NCBI GenBank assembly: GCA_001567355.1
Contig: JYNZ01000005.1
Location: 67,981 to 131,980, forward strand
Direction of reading: 5' to 3'
Origin: a candidate division WS6 bacterium OLB20
GTDB taxonomy: Bacteria; Patescibacteriota; Dojkabacteria; B142; OLB20
DNA: 64,000 nt
Shown here piece by piece: positions 1 through 9,497 of this stretch. Under the pieces are notes generated by a model, which saw nothing but the letters and a program-made list of their open reading frames with translations, ran no database searches and had not been told where the DNA came from. The position numbers were made by a program, and so were the translations under genes. Position 1 is the first letter of the stretch, and each line of letters begins with the position of its first letter.

Positions 1-1
1 G

Positions 2-130
2 ACCACAACCCCTGCACAGGGAGGAATATCAGGATTTGCAGTCATCGGAGTCGGAATTACACTTGTTGTGGCTTCGCTTGTGGGCCTGATGGTATTTTGC
101 GCAGAAGCGCCGCTTAAGTCCGAGCGATAG
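2..130 (+). CDS. 3' end (C-terminus) of a gene that starts upstream of the window; the tail is a hydrophobic membrane anchor followed by a short charged segment (…GISGFAVIGVGITLVVASLVGLMVFCAEAPLKSER*)
   Basis: Open frame from the window edge to TAG at 128-130. The translation is a Gly/Ser-rich stretch, then one TM helix and a basic tail, typical of a surface-protein C-terminal anchor. Confidence 0.3.
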   Translation, partial: TTTPAQGGISGFAVIGVGITLVVASLVGLMVFCAEAPLKSER

Positions 131-132
131 AA

Positions 133-160
133 CCGAGAAACGTTCAAAAGTACAGTTCTA
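133..160 (+). repeat. Intergenic element GAGAAACGTTCAAAAGTACAGTT (copy 1); the homology extends weakly for about 100 nt
   Basis: A 23-nt exact match to the reverse complement of 7998..8020. Both copies sit just upstream of a gene (rhodanese here, typA there). Downstream there are further matching blocks (ctcgaagggggcaac vs ttcgagggtggttag). Confidence 0.4.
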
Positions 161-486
161 ATTTCCCTTCCAGCAAACACTCTCTACACCAAGGCCTCTC
201 GAAGGGGGCAACATTAGATTTGTGCAGAAACTTCTTAAACCATTACTAAATAGTAAAATTTTCTTATATCAGAAAAGTATTCACTTGCTCTCTCTGCCTT
301 ACTAACTCGCTCAGATGGAGGGCTATTATCGCAAATAGTTTCTTGAATCGGAGTTTCTGTCATACAGATAAGATCTGCATTCAGATACGCACTTCAAAAC
401 CGTTCACGTGATCCTACCTCTCTGTACACAGACTGTATTTACAGCCTCACTACTCCTGATCCGGTAATGCATGGTACAGTGACAGT

Positions 487-930
487 ATGAATATCATGGT
501 CTCCAGGTATGCTGCACCTGCATTTGCAGCTTTGCTCATTGTTCTCACTGCATTTATCATCGCAGCTATGGGTATGTCACGTAGCACCTCTGTTTCTAAA
601 TCGCCTGAGTTTGCCACCGTTGCAACAGGCGACTTTATGATGAGCCTCAACGAACCAGGTTCCGTAATTCTTGATATCCGCACGCCTGAAGAATATTCAG
701 ACGGTCATATTGCCGGCGCTCAGAATGTGGATTTTTACGCGGAAAGTTTTACAGAATTGATTAGCAGGCTGGACAGGAACGTTCCCTATAAAATTTACTG
801 CAACTCAGGCAACCGTAGCGCTATGGCAGTTGAACTGATGAAAGAGCTCGGCTTTACCGATGTGACAGAACTCTCGGGCGGAATACAGGCATGGGCGCGT
901 GGCGGCGGGACAACCTGTACGAACTGCTGA
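487..930 (+). CDS. Rhodanese-domain sulfurtransferase with an N-terminal TM helix
   Basis: The translation has an N-terminal hydrophobic helix. It is followed by a rhodanese fold (…ILDIRTPEEYSDGHIAGAQNVDF…YCNSGNRSAMA…) with an active-site Cys in CNSGNRS. Confidence 0.7.
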   Translation: MNIMVSRYAAPAFAALLIVLTAFIIAAMGMSRSTSVSKSPEFATVATGDFMMSLNEPGSVILDIRTPEEYSDGHIAGAQNVDFYAESFTELISRLDRNVPYKIYCNSGNRSAMAVELMKELGFTDVTELSGGIQAWARGGGTTCTNC

Positions 931-1127
931 ATCCATTCCTCTGCCGGACGACGCAATCATGGTGTTAACAATTAAGAAGTTGTTAAGTGCAATAACGTAT
1001 AATCAGAGTACGGAGCGGGCTGGCAAGCCCCGGGTGCCTAGATAGACATAGCGACTGTGGCTGTAGCAGTACCCACAGTCACCGTCCACCTGCTATAGTA
1101 TCAGCGTCTACCCTACTCAATACACCT

Positions 1128-1835
1128 ATGAACAAACCAATCCTCTGTTTCGATCTGGATGACACACTGATCGACGATAACTACAAGTTCGAACTCACGT
1201 TCTGCGACTGTATCCGTACCATCATCCTTGCGCTTGAGACACGTTCTCCACAGATTGATGAAATACTCCAGACAGCCCGTGAACTCGACAACCACAAGTG
1301 GGAGACCTGGCCGAAGACCGAAAAGTACTTCCCCAAACGTATCGCCGAATCATGGACCGAGACATACGAGAAGCTGGCTGTACAGCAGAACATACCGGTC
1401 AAACCTCATATCAAGCGGCTGATCTGGGCACAGGTAATGACTAACTATGATCCTCCCTATTTCGTCATCCCCGATGTAGTTGAAACACTAGTAACTCTGC
1501 AGGAACGTGGCTACCGGATGGAGATCATCACGGCTGGACTGCAGCCGATCCAGATGCGTAAACTCAAGGTAAGTCATCTGATCAAGTATTTTGCAGATGT
1601 GCATGTGTCATATGATAAATCAATGGAGCTGAAGCAGCTCTCGGATAAGCACGGGACGGAGAATCTGGTGATGATAGGCAACTCGCTGCGCAGCGATATA
1701 AATCCGGCACTCGAGCTGGGCATCAGATCAATCTATATTCCGCGCGGCTCCTGGCATCAGTTTAAGTCAGAGCCGTTCAATACCAATTATGAGCAGCTTA
1801 ACTCTCTCTCCGAACTGAAGCAGATTTTCACCTGA
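1128..1835 (+). CDS. HAD-superfamily hydrolase
   Basis: HAD motif I, FDLDDTL, lies near the N-terminus, and a later motif GNSLRSD is present. The stop overlaps the next start (ATGA). Confidence 0.7.
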   Translation: MNKPILCFDLDDTLIDDNYKFELTFCDCIRTIILALETRSPQIDEILQTARELDNHKWETWPKTEKYFPKRIAESWTETYEKLAVQQNIPVKPHIKRLIWAQVMTNYDPPYFVIPDVVETLVTLQERGYRMEIITAGLQPIQMRKLKVSHLIKYFADVHVSYDKSMELKQLSDKHGTENLVMIGNSLRSDINPALELGIRSIYIPRGSWHQFKSEPFNTNYEQLNSLSELKQIFT

Positions 1836-2863
1836 TGGCAGATAACGCTCTTCCACCTTTATTTCCAGCACGAGCATTCTCAGGAAGTGAGAATGGACTT
1901 ATCCATCCGGATGCAATTCCGGTAGCACGATTTGAAGCACCACGCGATATCAGATCCCCATTGAGCCGCTCACTGGAGGAGCAGCTTGCACATGAGGATG
2001 AGCTGGTTCCCGTGCCACTTAGCATTAATCCTGATGTAATCTTTGAGCTTGATGCAGAAGGCATTCAGACTTATGAGGCAGTGCTCGAAGCATATCTGCA
2101 GAAAAAGGGGGTCGACCCGTCAACCATGGATGTGTCAACAGAGGAAATATTCAAGATGACCTATGAGCTCATCTCGTTTGCATCTGGTGAGCATGTAGAC
2201 GACCTGCCGACACCCGCTGCAAAGGACACCCTGAATCTGGACAGCCCGCCACCGACCAAGTGCAATATCTTTAACAGCGCCTATATCCATATGTTCGACC
2301 TGCTCAGCCGCAAAATGGGTCGCGAGGACGTTCCTCAAAAATACCGGTTGCTGCTGACTCCAGCGAATTACATCAACCACGATGTTACAGGCACAATCTG
2401 GCATGCTCATATTGCTCTCGTAACAGCAGATTCTGATGGAACGCTTCATACAAGCCTAATCGATCCGTACCATGCTGAAACAGACGAGGGCGGTCCTGCA
2501 GAAATCTCTGCGCTGGACTTTACAGAGGACAGAGGAACCGATGCTCTCATCAGCTTATTGAAACGCAGGGAGGTAAGACATACAATCACAACCCCTGGTT
2601 TCTTAAGCAGTTTATCGCAGCAGCAGAGGCAAATCCTGGCCAGATGGATATCAATACAATCAAAAGGATCAGGCAGAGCATCTACCGCAGCCGGTCACGT
2701 GGCGACAACTACGAAATCAACAGACTTGACTCACATATCAGGTCTCTTGAGGCAATTGACTCACCCACATCAGAAGACCTGGATATGCTGTATGACACAA
2801 GACGGCAACTTAATCTACTCATTTACGAACGTGCCCTGCTGTCAAACCACCTGGACCATCTGA
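1835..2863 (+). CDS. Hypothetical protein; the C-terminal roughly 70 aa look non-protein-like and overlap a second ORF in another frame
   Basis: The ORF is translationally coupled to the HAD gene. It is acidic with no recognisable domain. The tail (…WICCMTQDGNLIYSFTNVPCCQTTWTI) is compositionally odd. Confidence 0.4.
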   Translation: MADNALPPLFPARAFSGSENGLIHPDAIPVARFEAPRDIRSPLSRSLEEQLAHEDELVPVPLSINPDVIFELDAEGIQTYEAVLEAYLQKKGVDPSTMDVSTEEIFKMTYELISFASGEHVDDLPTPAAKDTLNLDSPPPTKCNIFNSAYIHMFDLLSRKMGREDVPQKYRLLLTPANYINHDVTGTIWHAHIALVTADSDGTLHTSLIDPYHAETDEGGPAEISALDFTEDRGTDALISLLKRREVRHTITTPGFLSSLSQQQRQILARWISIQSKGSGRASTAAGHVATTTKSTDLTHISGLLRQLTHPHQKTWICCMTQDGNLIYSFTNVPCCQTTWTI

Positions 2864-2901
2864 TGAGACTCGTTGAACAGCCTGATGAGACCCGGACCTG
2901 A
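2644..2901 (+). CDS. Small charged, helical ORF (85 aa) that overlaps the 3' end of the previous gene in another frame. It is either a separate gene or the true C-terminus after a frame change.
   Basis: Its translation (…RIRQSIYRSRSRGDNYEINRLDSHIRSLEAIDSPTSEDLDMLYDTRRQLNLLIYERALL…) is more protein-like than the overlapping tail of 1835..2863. A GAGG lies 14 nt upstream of the ATG. Confidence 0.25.
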   Translation: MDINTIKRIRQSIYRSRSRGDNYEINRLDSHIRSLEAIDSPTSEDLDMLYDTRRQLNLLIYERALLSNHLDHLMRLVEQPDETRT

Positions 2902-2941
2902 TAAGTAACCGGTGTCACTCAGAAAAAGTCCGGGTTCACTG

Positions 2942-3541
2942 TTAGAGTGTCTGTTTGCTCAGTTCGTAGAGACCGGGGTTGCCTGTAGAATCAGGGATAA
3001 CCTCATAAAGAACCACATACAGGGGTTCATCCGCCTCTGAGTATGTTACCGGTCCGTGATACCAGCTCAGTGTCGCTGTACCGTCAGATGAAACCGCGAC
3101 AGTGTTGGGATTAAACACAAACTGATTACTTTCAGCCAGCTTGCGGTCATTATCCGTATAGAGTTTAAACTGAAGAACCGTGTCGCTGCTGAGACTAAGA
3201 TCGGTGATGTCAAACTCGACAGAAAGCTGTGTATCGCTGTCAGTCCCACCTGGCTGCTGCCCGCTACCGGATCCGTCGCCCGGCTGAGGTGCTTCATTGC
3301 CGGCGCCGGCGGGTCGTCTCGTGACGGGAGGAACATATCTGCTGTCAGGATCATTAACACCAGGTTCGTAAACATCAACCGGACTGTTGTATACCGGTTG
3401 CGGTGAACCGCTGAAGATGACCAGACTGGACACGGAACATACCGCACAGCAGAGGATGCCGAATACGGACACAAGACATCCAATCACCAGGATTTTAATC
3501 AGACCGGAATCAGATGATCCGTTTGGAGTTGCGGAGGCCAT
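2942..3541 (-). CDS. Membrane-anchored hypothetical protein (N-terminal TM, Pro/Gly-rich linker, extracellular domain)
   Basis: A signal-anchor helix is followed by a low-complexity PGDGSGSGQQPGG linker and a roughly 100-aa C-terminal domain. Confidence 0.5.
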   Translation of the reverse strand: MASATPNGSSDSGLIKILVIGCLVSVFGILCCAVCSVSSLVIFSGSPQPVYNSPVDVYEPGVNDPDSRYVPPVTRRPAGAGNEAPQPGDGSGSGQQPGGTDSDTQLSVEFDITDLSLSSDTVLQFKLYTDNDRKLAESNQFVFNPNTVAVSSDGTATLSWYHGPVTYSEADEPLYVVLYEVIPDSTGNPGLYELSKQTL

Positions 3542-3601
3542 GAGCAGTTGCTAATACGTAGATAATCTACAGTATCATGCAACTGCTGCCATGTAAATTA
3601 C

Positions 3602-4813
3602 TCAGGAAGCAGTGCCGACAACAAAGGTCAGAGCTATTCCTGCTTTACCGGCTCGACCTGTACGGCCAATGCGGTGAATGTAATCCTTGTAGTTCTCGGG
3701 CTCATCATAATTGATTACGTGCGAGACGTTCTCAATATCAAGTCCCCGTGCTGCAACATCGGTTGCAATCAGAACATTGATCCTGTTTGAGCGGAACTCT
3801 GACAGAACACGTAAGCGTCTGTTTTGCGTTTTACCGCCATGGATCGAGTCAACCTTGTGACCGTTCTGGCTCAACCTTCGTGAGAGCCTGTCCGCTCCAT
3901 GCTTCGTTCTTGAAAACACAAGGACTTTGCTGAAGTCATCCTGACTCAGAAGCTTGCTGAGGACCGTAACCTTTTCATCATTCGAGCTGACCGGGACGAT
4001 GTCCTGATGTACATTTTTGTGCGCGGCCTCTTTTTCGATCTGGATAGTCACAGGATCCCGCAGGAGTGTGTGTGCAATGCGTTCTGCATCACGGGACATA
4101 GTTGCCGAGAAAAACAGTGACTGCCTGTCCTGAGGAAGTTTGGAGATCAGGAATGTGATAACTGGTACAAAGCCCATATCAAGCATTCTGTCCACCTCAT
4201 CAAGAACGATATTATTGAACTGGGACAGATCAAGCACTTTGCGTTCAAACAGATCTTTCAGTCTTCCGGGTGTGCCGATTACAAACTGGGGATTACGACG
4301 CAGGTTGCCGATCTGAGCACCCATGCTCGCACCGCCGATGACGACAGTCGAGTGGACTCTGCTACCGGCTGCAAGCGTGCGGAATTCATCCTGAATCTGC
4401 ACTGCCAGTTCGCGTGTCGGAACAATAATAAGACACCGGTCCGACTGTCTGCGGATTGTCTTATCAAGCATAGGAATTAAAAACGCATTTGTTTTGCCGG
4501 AGCCGGTACTTGCCAGCCCGAGCACATCGTGTCCTTCGCTGATCACAGGGATCGTTCGATCCTGGATAACTGTGGGGTATTTATACCCTTTTCTGGCAAG
4601 ATTCTGCTTGATTACTGTATGCAGGTTAAAGTCTGAGTACAGCTTATCCTCAACATAGATCGAGGGTGGCTGATAACCTTCCTCTGCCTTTGCAATATAC
4701 ATATGACGGGCAATGCTGTCACCCGACTGGCTTCTTGAACCAGAAGTTCTGCGCCCGAATGGACGCCTGTTGCTCACCCTGCGGCGTGACCTGCCGTAAT
4801 TTTTTCTATCCAC
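3602..4813 (-). CDS. DEAD-box ATP-dependent RNA helicase
   Basis: All the helicase motifs are present: Q-motif, GSGKT (Walker A), DEVD, SAT, and HRIGRTGRAG (motif VI). There is an Arg/Gly-rich N-terminus. Confidence 0.9.
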   Translation of the reverse strand: MDRKNYGRSRRRVSNRRPFGRRTSGSRSQSGDSIARHMYIAKAEEGYQPPSIYVEDKLYSDFNLHTVIKQNLARKGYKYPTVIQDRTIPVISEGHDVLGLASTGSGKTNAFLIPMLDKTIRRQSDRCLIIVPTRELAVQIQDEFRTLAAGSRVHSTVVIGGASMGAQIGNLRRNPQFVIGTPGRLKDLFERKVLDLSQFNNIVLDEVDRMLDMGFVPVITFLISKLPQDRQSLFFSATMSRDAERIAHTLLRDPVTIQIEKEAAHKNVHQDIVPVSSNDEKVTVLSKLLSQDDFSKVLVFSRTKHGADRLSRRLSQNGHKVDSIHGGKTQNRRLRVLSEFRSNRINVLIATDVAARGLDIENVSHVINYDEPENYKDYIHRIGRTGRAGKAGIALTFVVGTAS

Positions 4814-5023
4814 TGAATGTTCTCAAAAAAATAAATCCCGATTTCTTTCGGACGTACAAATTAGAAACCTGGGATTCATTTCGTGCGGGAATGCAGAAGT
4901 GCTCTCGAATCTAGTTTGGACGTAGTAGTGTATAGTAATTATAGCATTTGTCAGACAATTACCCTAGACTCTTTGCTCTTTTTTCTCTGTTGTAGCCTTT
5001 GAGTCCGAGTTATATACTCAGCT

Positions 5024-5518
5024 ATGGAACACACCGAAATCTCAAAGCAGGATGCACTTGCATTCCTGCAAAGCCAGTTCATCATGAATATCGCCTGTGT
5101 CTATAACGGCTTACCCGTCTCGTCGGTGCTGCTTTTTCATATCGACGACGAATGTAATTTCTACTTTGCCACACACCGTGACTCAATCAAGTCCAGAGCA
5201 CTTCTGAGCAACAGCAACGTTAGCCTCTCTGTCTGGGAGCATAATAAAATGCTGATCCAGGCTGATGGAGTGGCTGCAGAAATCACTGATACAAACAAGG
5301 CGATAGAGATAATTGACCGGCTTGCGGAATCGACCGCAAAGGGGGCTTCGTTCTGGCCACCCCTGTTCCGGATCAAAGGCGATTCTTATATTGTGTTTGC
5401 GATCAAACCGACCTGGATGCGTGCGCTCGACCTGACCCGGGACACAATGACACAGGAGGACTCTCCCTTTTCAACCATTATCAGTTCCGACAATGAAACA
5501 GGTAATAGTTCTGTTTAA
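5024..5518 (+). CDS. Pyridoxamine 5'-phosphate oxidase-like FMN-binding split-barrel protein (general stress protein 26-like)
   Basis: Size and sequence pattern (…FIMNIACVYNGLPVSSVLLFHIDDECNFYFATHRDSIKSRAL…SLSVWE…) fit the PNPOx-like family. Confidence 0.55.
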   Translation: MEHTEISKQDALAFLQSQFIMNIACVYNGLPVSSVLLFHIDDECNFYFATHRDSIKSRALLSNSNVSLSVWEHNKMLIQADGVAAEITDTNKAIEIIDRLAESTAKGASFWPPLFRIKGDSYIVFAIKPTWMRALDLTRDTMTQEDSPFSTIISSDNETGNSSV

Positions 5519-5882
5519 CGACTCTGATCCGGTTCTCGCCCGTGTCGCACGGGTTAAGTTAAAGACAGAAGCCGGATGGGATGTAAAGATCACTGCTAAT
5601 TACGATGAGGCTCTGCAGGCCGTTACTGCCACAGGTGCAAGTATTCTCGTGACAGAGCTTATCCTTGCTGATAATCAGGGAAGAACGGGATTTGATCTGA
5701 TAGAAGCAATCCGCAAAGACAAGTCACCAGAAGAGCTGCCGATAGTTGTTCTGTCAGAACTGAGGCAGGAAGAAGACAAAGCAGAAGCACTTGCAAAAGG
5801 CGCTGACTACTATTATGCAAAGTCAGAGATAGGTATCAAAGACCTGATAGAAAGGGTCCAGGAGATTATCGGGCAGGAATAA
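5493..5882 (+). CDS. Single-domain response-regulator receiver (CheY-like), with Glu at the phospho-acceptor position
   Basis: Receiver fold: acidic pocket NDSD, a Ser at the Thr87-equivalent position (VLSE) and a conserved Lys (YAKSE). The usual 'LD' phospho-Asp site reads TELILAD with Glu in place of Asp. The start overlaps the end of the previous ORF. Confidence 0.55.
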   Translation: MKQVIVLFNDSDPVLARVARVKLKTEAGWDVKITANYDEALQAVTATGASILVTELILADNQGRTGFDLIEAIRKDKSPEELPIVVLSELRQEEDKAEALAKGADYYYAKSEIGIKDLIERVQEIIGQE

Positions 5883-5895
5883 AATTACAAGTCGC

Positions 5896-7770
5896 TCAGG
5901 AGAGCCCAAGCTGCTGCTTAGCCATGTCTGTCAGGTTTTTTCGCTGCGACCAGTCACGTTCGTGCTTTTTAAGATAGCGCTTTCGCAGACGCAGACTCTT
6001 TGGTGTAACCTCCAGCAGCTCATCTTTTCCGAGGAAAACAAGTGCAAACTCAAAGGTCAGCTCTTTAACGCCCTTCAGCTGGACCTGTGTGATTTCAGCC
6101 TGATTGCGTCGCACTCCGCTCTTCTGACGCTCTTTTGTCGGATTGACCTCAAGGTCCTGTTCATATTTATTAATACCGATAATCATTCCCTCGTAAACAT
6201 CAGTAGCCGGAAAGATAAACAGCTCACCACGCTCCTGGATAGTATTAAGCGCATAGGCACTTGCCGGCCCTGTGTCAGAACTGATTAACGCACCTCTGCG
6301 GAAGAAGTCCTCATGCTTCTCCTGAGGAACATACTCAAGCAGATAATTGTTCATCACAAGATTGCCCTTTGTATCGGTCAAAAGTTTATGCCTGAGTCCC
6401 AGCAGACGGGACGTCAGGATAGTAAACTCCATTTTGGCCTGTCCGTTTTCTGTATCCATATTCTGCAGCTGTCCCTTGCGAACACTCACCTCGTTAAGGA
6501 CCGCTCCTGAATACTCCTCGGGGACTTCAACGTATAGCTCTTCAAGCGGCTCGTGTTTGACACCGTCAATAGTTTTAAGAATGACCTCCGGTCTGCGTAC
6601 CTGAAACTCAAACCCTTCACGCCTCAGCTCCTCAAGCAGAATAGCCAGCTGAAGATCGCCACGGCCGGCAACGTAAAATGACCCGTCATCATTCTTTTCG
6701 ATCTGCAGAGAAATATTAGTGTCTGCTTCGCGCTCGAGGCGCGCCTGCAATTGCTTGACTGTGACAAACTCACCTTCTCTTCCAAGAAACGGTGAAGTAT
6801 TCGCTTCAATCTTAATACGTACAGACGGGTCAGAGATTTTTATAACGGGTAGCGGTTCTATGTTGTCACGAGCGCAGACGGTGGCACCGATCGCTTTGGA
6901 ATCCACTCCCACAAGCGCAACTATTTCTCCAACAGATGCCGAGTCAGAGGGTACGAACTGAAGCCCTTGCTTTACAAGCACCTGCTTGACGGTTCCCTTT
7001 GCGTCAATGTCATGTCCGTTCTCTGCAGGCAGTGCGACGACTATATCGTCACCCGCCTTAACGGTACCACGTCTGATTTTTCCGACTAATGCGCGTCCGG
7101 TATGAGCATCAAATTCAAGTGTTGTCACCTGCATCTGCAACGGTCCGTTTTCGTCACCCTCAGGGCCCGGCACGTAAGACAGGATCTTATCAAGAAGCGG
7201 TCTGATATCTGCTTCCGCAGAGATATCAGCAGGCATCTCCTGCCATACCTTTCCATCGCGTCCAATCGCATAGAACACCGGAAACTCAAGCTGGTCTTCT
7301 GTCGTAGCCAGATTCAGAAACAGATCCTGCAGCTTATCGAGTGTTCTGGCGATGTCTGTAGCTGGTTTATCAATCTTGTTGATGACAACAATCGGCTTCA
7401 GGTTTAGCTCCAATGCCTTTTTAAGAACAAACCTGGTCTGCGGCATTGGCCCCTCAGCACCGTCAACGATCAGCAGACACCCTTCCGCCATATTCAAAGT
7501 CCGTTCAACTTCACCTCCAAAATCCGCATGACCTGGTGTATCAATAACATTAATACGATGGCCGTTGTATTCAATCGAAATATTTTTTGCCTTGATGGTA
7601 ATCCCCTTCTCACGTTCAAGCTCACCGGTATCAAGTATCATTTCCATATTCATCTCCTCCTGGTTGTCGCGGAAGATATTTGACTGCTTCAGAAATGCGT
7701 CTACGAGGGTCGTCTTCCCGTGGTCGACATGGGCGATGATGGCAATGTTGCGAATGTTCTCTTTATTCAA
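5896..7770 (-). CDS. typA: Translational GTPase TypA/BipA
   Basis: G-domain motifs (AHVDHGKTTL, DTPGHADF, NKID) at the N-terminus and an EF-G-like domain organisation. Length is 624 aa. Confidence 0.92.
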   Translation of the reverse strand: MNKENIRNIAIIAHVDHGKTTLVDAFLKQSNIFRDNQEEMNMEMILDTGELEREKGITIKAKNISIEYNGHRINVIDTPGHADFGGEVERTLNMAEGCLLIVDGAEGPMPQTRFVLKKALELNLKPIVVINKIDKPATDIARTLDKLQDLFLNLATTEDQLEFPVFYAIGRDGKVWQEMPADISAEADIRPLLDKILSYVPGPEGDENGPLQMQVTTLEFDAHTGRALVGKIRRGTVKAGDDIVVALPAENGHDIDAKGTVKQVLVKQGLQFVPSDSASVGEIVALVGVDSKAIGATVCARDNIEPLPVIKISDPSVRIKIEANTSPFLGREGEFVTVKQLQARLEREADTNISLQIEKNDDGSFYVAGRGDLQLAILLEELRREGFEFQVRRPEVILKTIDGVKHEPLEELYVEVPEEYSGAVLNEVSVRKGQLQNMDTENGQAKMEFTILTSRLLGLRHKLLTDTKGNLVMNNYLLEYVPQEKHEDFFRRGALISSDTGPASAYALNTIQERGELFIFPATDVYEGMIIGINKYEQDLEVNPTKERQKSGVRRNQAEITQVQLKGVKELTFEFALVFLGKDELLEVTPKSLRLRKRYLKKHERDWSQRKNLTDMAKQQLGLS

Positions 7771-7997
7771 AATACGTTCTTAAGACCGGCAATTGTAGCA
7801 TTGATTGGGTTTTTCTCCTACCCGAGACCGCTTCAGAATGACAGTTCCGCAACACAATTATGAAAGTCTTCTGCGAGAGGGCTTCAAGGCAACCTGACAC
7901 AAAAGCAGCCAGGAGACCGAAACTATTCCGAAGGAAAGTCATAGCTAACCACCCTCGAATAAGTTTGCACCACAACATCTTTGCGAGAAGTGTATTT

Positions 7998-8022
7998 TTA
8001 AACTGTACTTTTGAACGTTTCT
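7998..8022 (-). repeat. Intergenic element (copy 2, inverted relative to copy 1) upstream of typA
   Basis: ctgtacttttgaacgtttctc is the reverse complement of 136..158. It is adjacent to the 8029..8060 hairpin. Confidence 0.4.
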
Positions 8023-8028
8023 CATAAT

Positions 8029-8060
8029 GCCAAGAGGCACCCGTGCGGGTGCCTCTTGGC
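8029..8060 (-). terminator. Perfect 14-bp stem / 4-nt loop hairpin (gccaagaggcaccc gtgc gggtgcctcttggc) downstream of the fasciclin gene
   Basis: Perfect inverted repeat directly after the stop of the 8096..8683 gene. The flanking U-tract is weak, so it may act as a terminator or an RNA-stability element. Confidence 0.45.
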
Positions 8061-8095
8061 ATTTCCAGGACAGGTACTGCCTGCCATCAGTTGCC

Positions 8096-8683
8096 TTAGG
8101 GTACAAGTACCTTATTGATCACATGAACAACTCCATTGCTCGTCTCAATATCAGCGATCACGACTTCTGCATTGTTAATCATCACCTTTCCGTCACGGAT
8201 TGTGATCGTGAGCGTATCACCATTTAATGCCTCAACCGTCATACCATCCTCAAGATTAGATGACATAACCTCCCCGCTGACTACATGATACTGCAGAACG
8301 TTCTGCAGATCTGCTTTGTTTTCGGGCAGAAGCAGCGTGTCTACGGTTGACTGGATTTCAGCAAATGCGGCATTGGTTGGTGCAAAAACAGTAAGCATTG
8401 CTGATTCATTCGAAAGTGCCTCGACTAATCCACCAGCTTGCACGGCTGCTACCAGCGTTGACAGGTCTGGCGTTGCGACAGCAGTCTCAACAATATTCAT
8501 CTCCATCATCGTCGGAGTAACCGTAACTGTACTGGTCACAGTTGCCGAAGGCTGAGTACTGTCAGCTGAATTGTCCGACTGCTCAGTCTGATTACCGCCT
8601 GAGACAACGACAAATGCGACAATGCCAAGTACAACGAGGGTAACAGCGATTACTGCGCCCACTATTGTGTTTTTGTTTTCCAT
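8096..8683 (-). CDS. Fasciclin (FAS1) domain protein with an N-terminal signal anchor
   Basis: C-terminal FAS1 signature (…TVFAPTNAAFAEI…LQYHVVSG…NGVVHVINKVLVP). The start is moved to the internal Met (MENKNTIVG…) just before the TM helix. Confidence 0.75.
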   Translation of the reverse strand: MENKNTIVGAVIAVTLVVLGIVAFVVVSGGNQTEQSDNSADSTQPSATVTSTVTVTPTMMEMNIVETAVATPDLSTLVAAVQAGGLVEALSNESAMLTVFAPTNAAFAEIQSTVDTLLLPENKADLQNVLQYHVVSGEVMSSNLEDGMTVEALNGDTLTITIRDGKVMINNAEVVIADIETSNGVVHVINKVLVP

Positions 8684-8849
8684 GGGAAAAACATAATAAA
8701 TAAACTCAACATTAAAGTTGTAGATGATGGTAGACATCACGGCTGCAAAGCCCTCTGACATAGGCAATCACATCAGCCTCGACACAGGCTCCACGGCAAC
8801 CCGGTTGCTGGAGAGTAGGACTGGTATAATAAACAATATCGACTCTGGT

Positions 8850-9497
8850 ATGGATTTTCAGAAAAAACCCGCACATCAGAAAAAGCTCATCAGCCGACAG
8901 GACTGGGATGAACGTCAGGTGCCGGTAAACCTCTCCGGTGCGAGGATGGTAGTCACTATCAACCTTGCTGTCATCATCATCATTTCCGTAGCCTCAGCAG
9001 CCGCTGCACTGACGTTTGCCGGCGAGATCGCAGTCCTGCTGATCGGAGTCATCTTTATAGCTGCTCTCCTGTCTTCTGCGACATTGATAATCACCCACCT
9101 TTCCCGCACGATGATCGGGTATACACTCAAGTCGGGAAAGATCGTCACATTTAATAATGAAGTGCTTGAAAACATACAGGGCAAGGTCATTGTTACCCGC
9201 TTTTTTGTCTCAATGAATATTCGGCATTATGGAGTGAGCGAGTTTGATCGTGTCTCTGTCGCTCAGCCTCTGCTCGGCCGGTTCCTCAATTACGGCACTG
9301 TCATAATGGAACAGGTAAAAGAGCTTTCTCAGACACGGGACGTGCGTTTGCCCTATATCCGTGATCCTGAAAAGTATGCAAAGATCATCCAGGAGCTGAT
9401 CGATCTTGAGAAAAAAGGTACACAGCCCTTTTCTGGCATGATGGGCAGAAGGGAACCAGACCGGACGGACAGGAACAGAGGCCGGCGTGAGCCGTGA
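8850..9497 (+). CDS. Membrane protein with a bacterial PH domain (bPH_2 / YdbS-like)
   Basis: Two TM helices are followed by …YTLKSGKIVTFNNEVLENIQGKVIVTRFFVSMNIRHYGVSEFDRVSVAQPLLGRFLNYGTVIM… The start is moved to an internal Met to avoid overlap with the fasciclin gene. Confidence 0.6.
   Translation: MDFQKKPAHQKKLISRQDWDERQVPVNLSGARMVVTINLAVIIIISVASAAAALTFAGEIAVLLIGVIFIAALLSSATLIITHLSRTMIGYTLKSGKIVTFNNEVLENIQGKVIVTRFFVSMNIRHYGVSEFDRVSVAQPLLGRFLNYGTVIMEQVKELSQTRDVRLPYIRDPEKYAKIIQELIDLEKKGTQPFSGMMGRREPDRTDRNRGRREP

Noticed and set aside
7763-8227. Two ORFs on opposite strands that both begin MPRGTR(T/A)GASWH
   Set aside because: The shared N-terminus arises from the perfect 14-bp inverted repeat at 8029..8060 being read in both directions. 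Both are non-coding artefacts.
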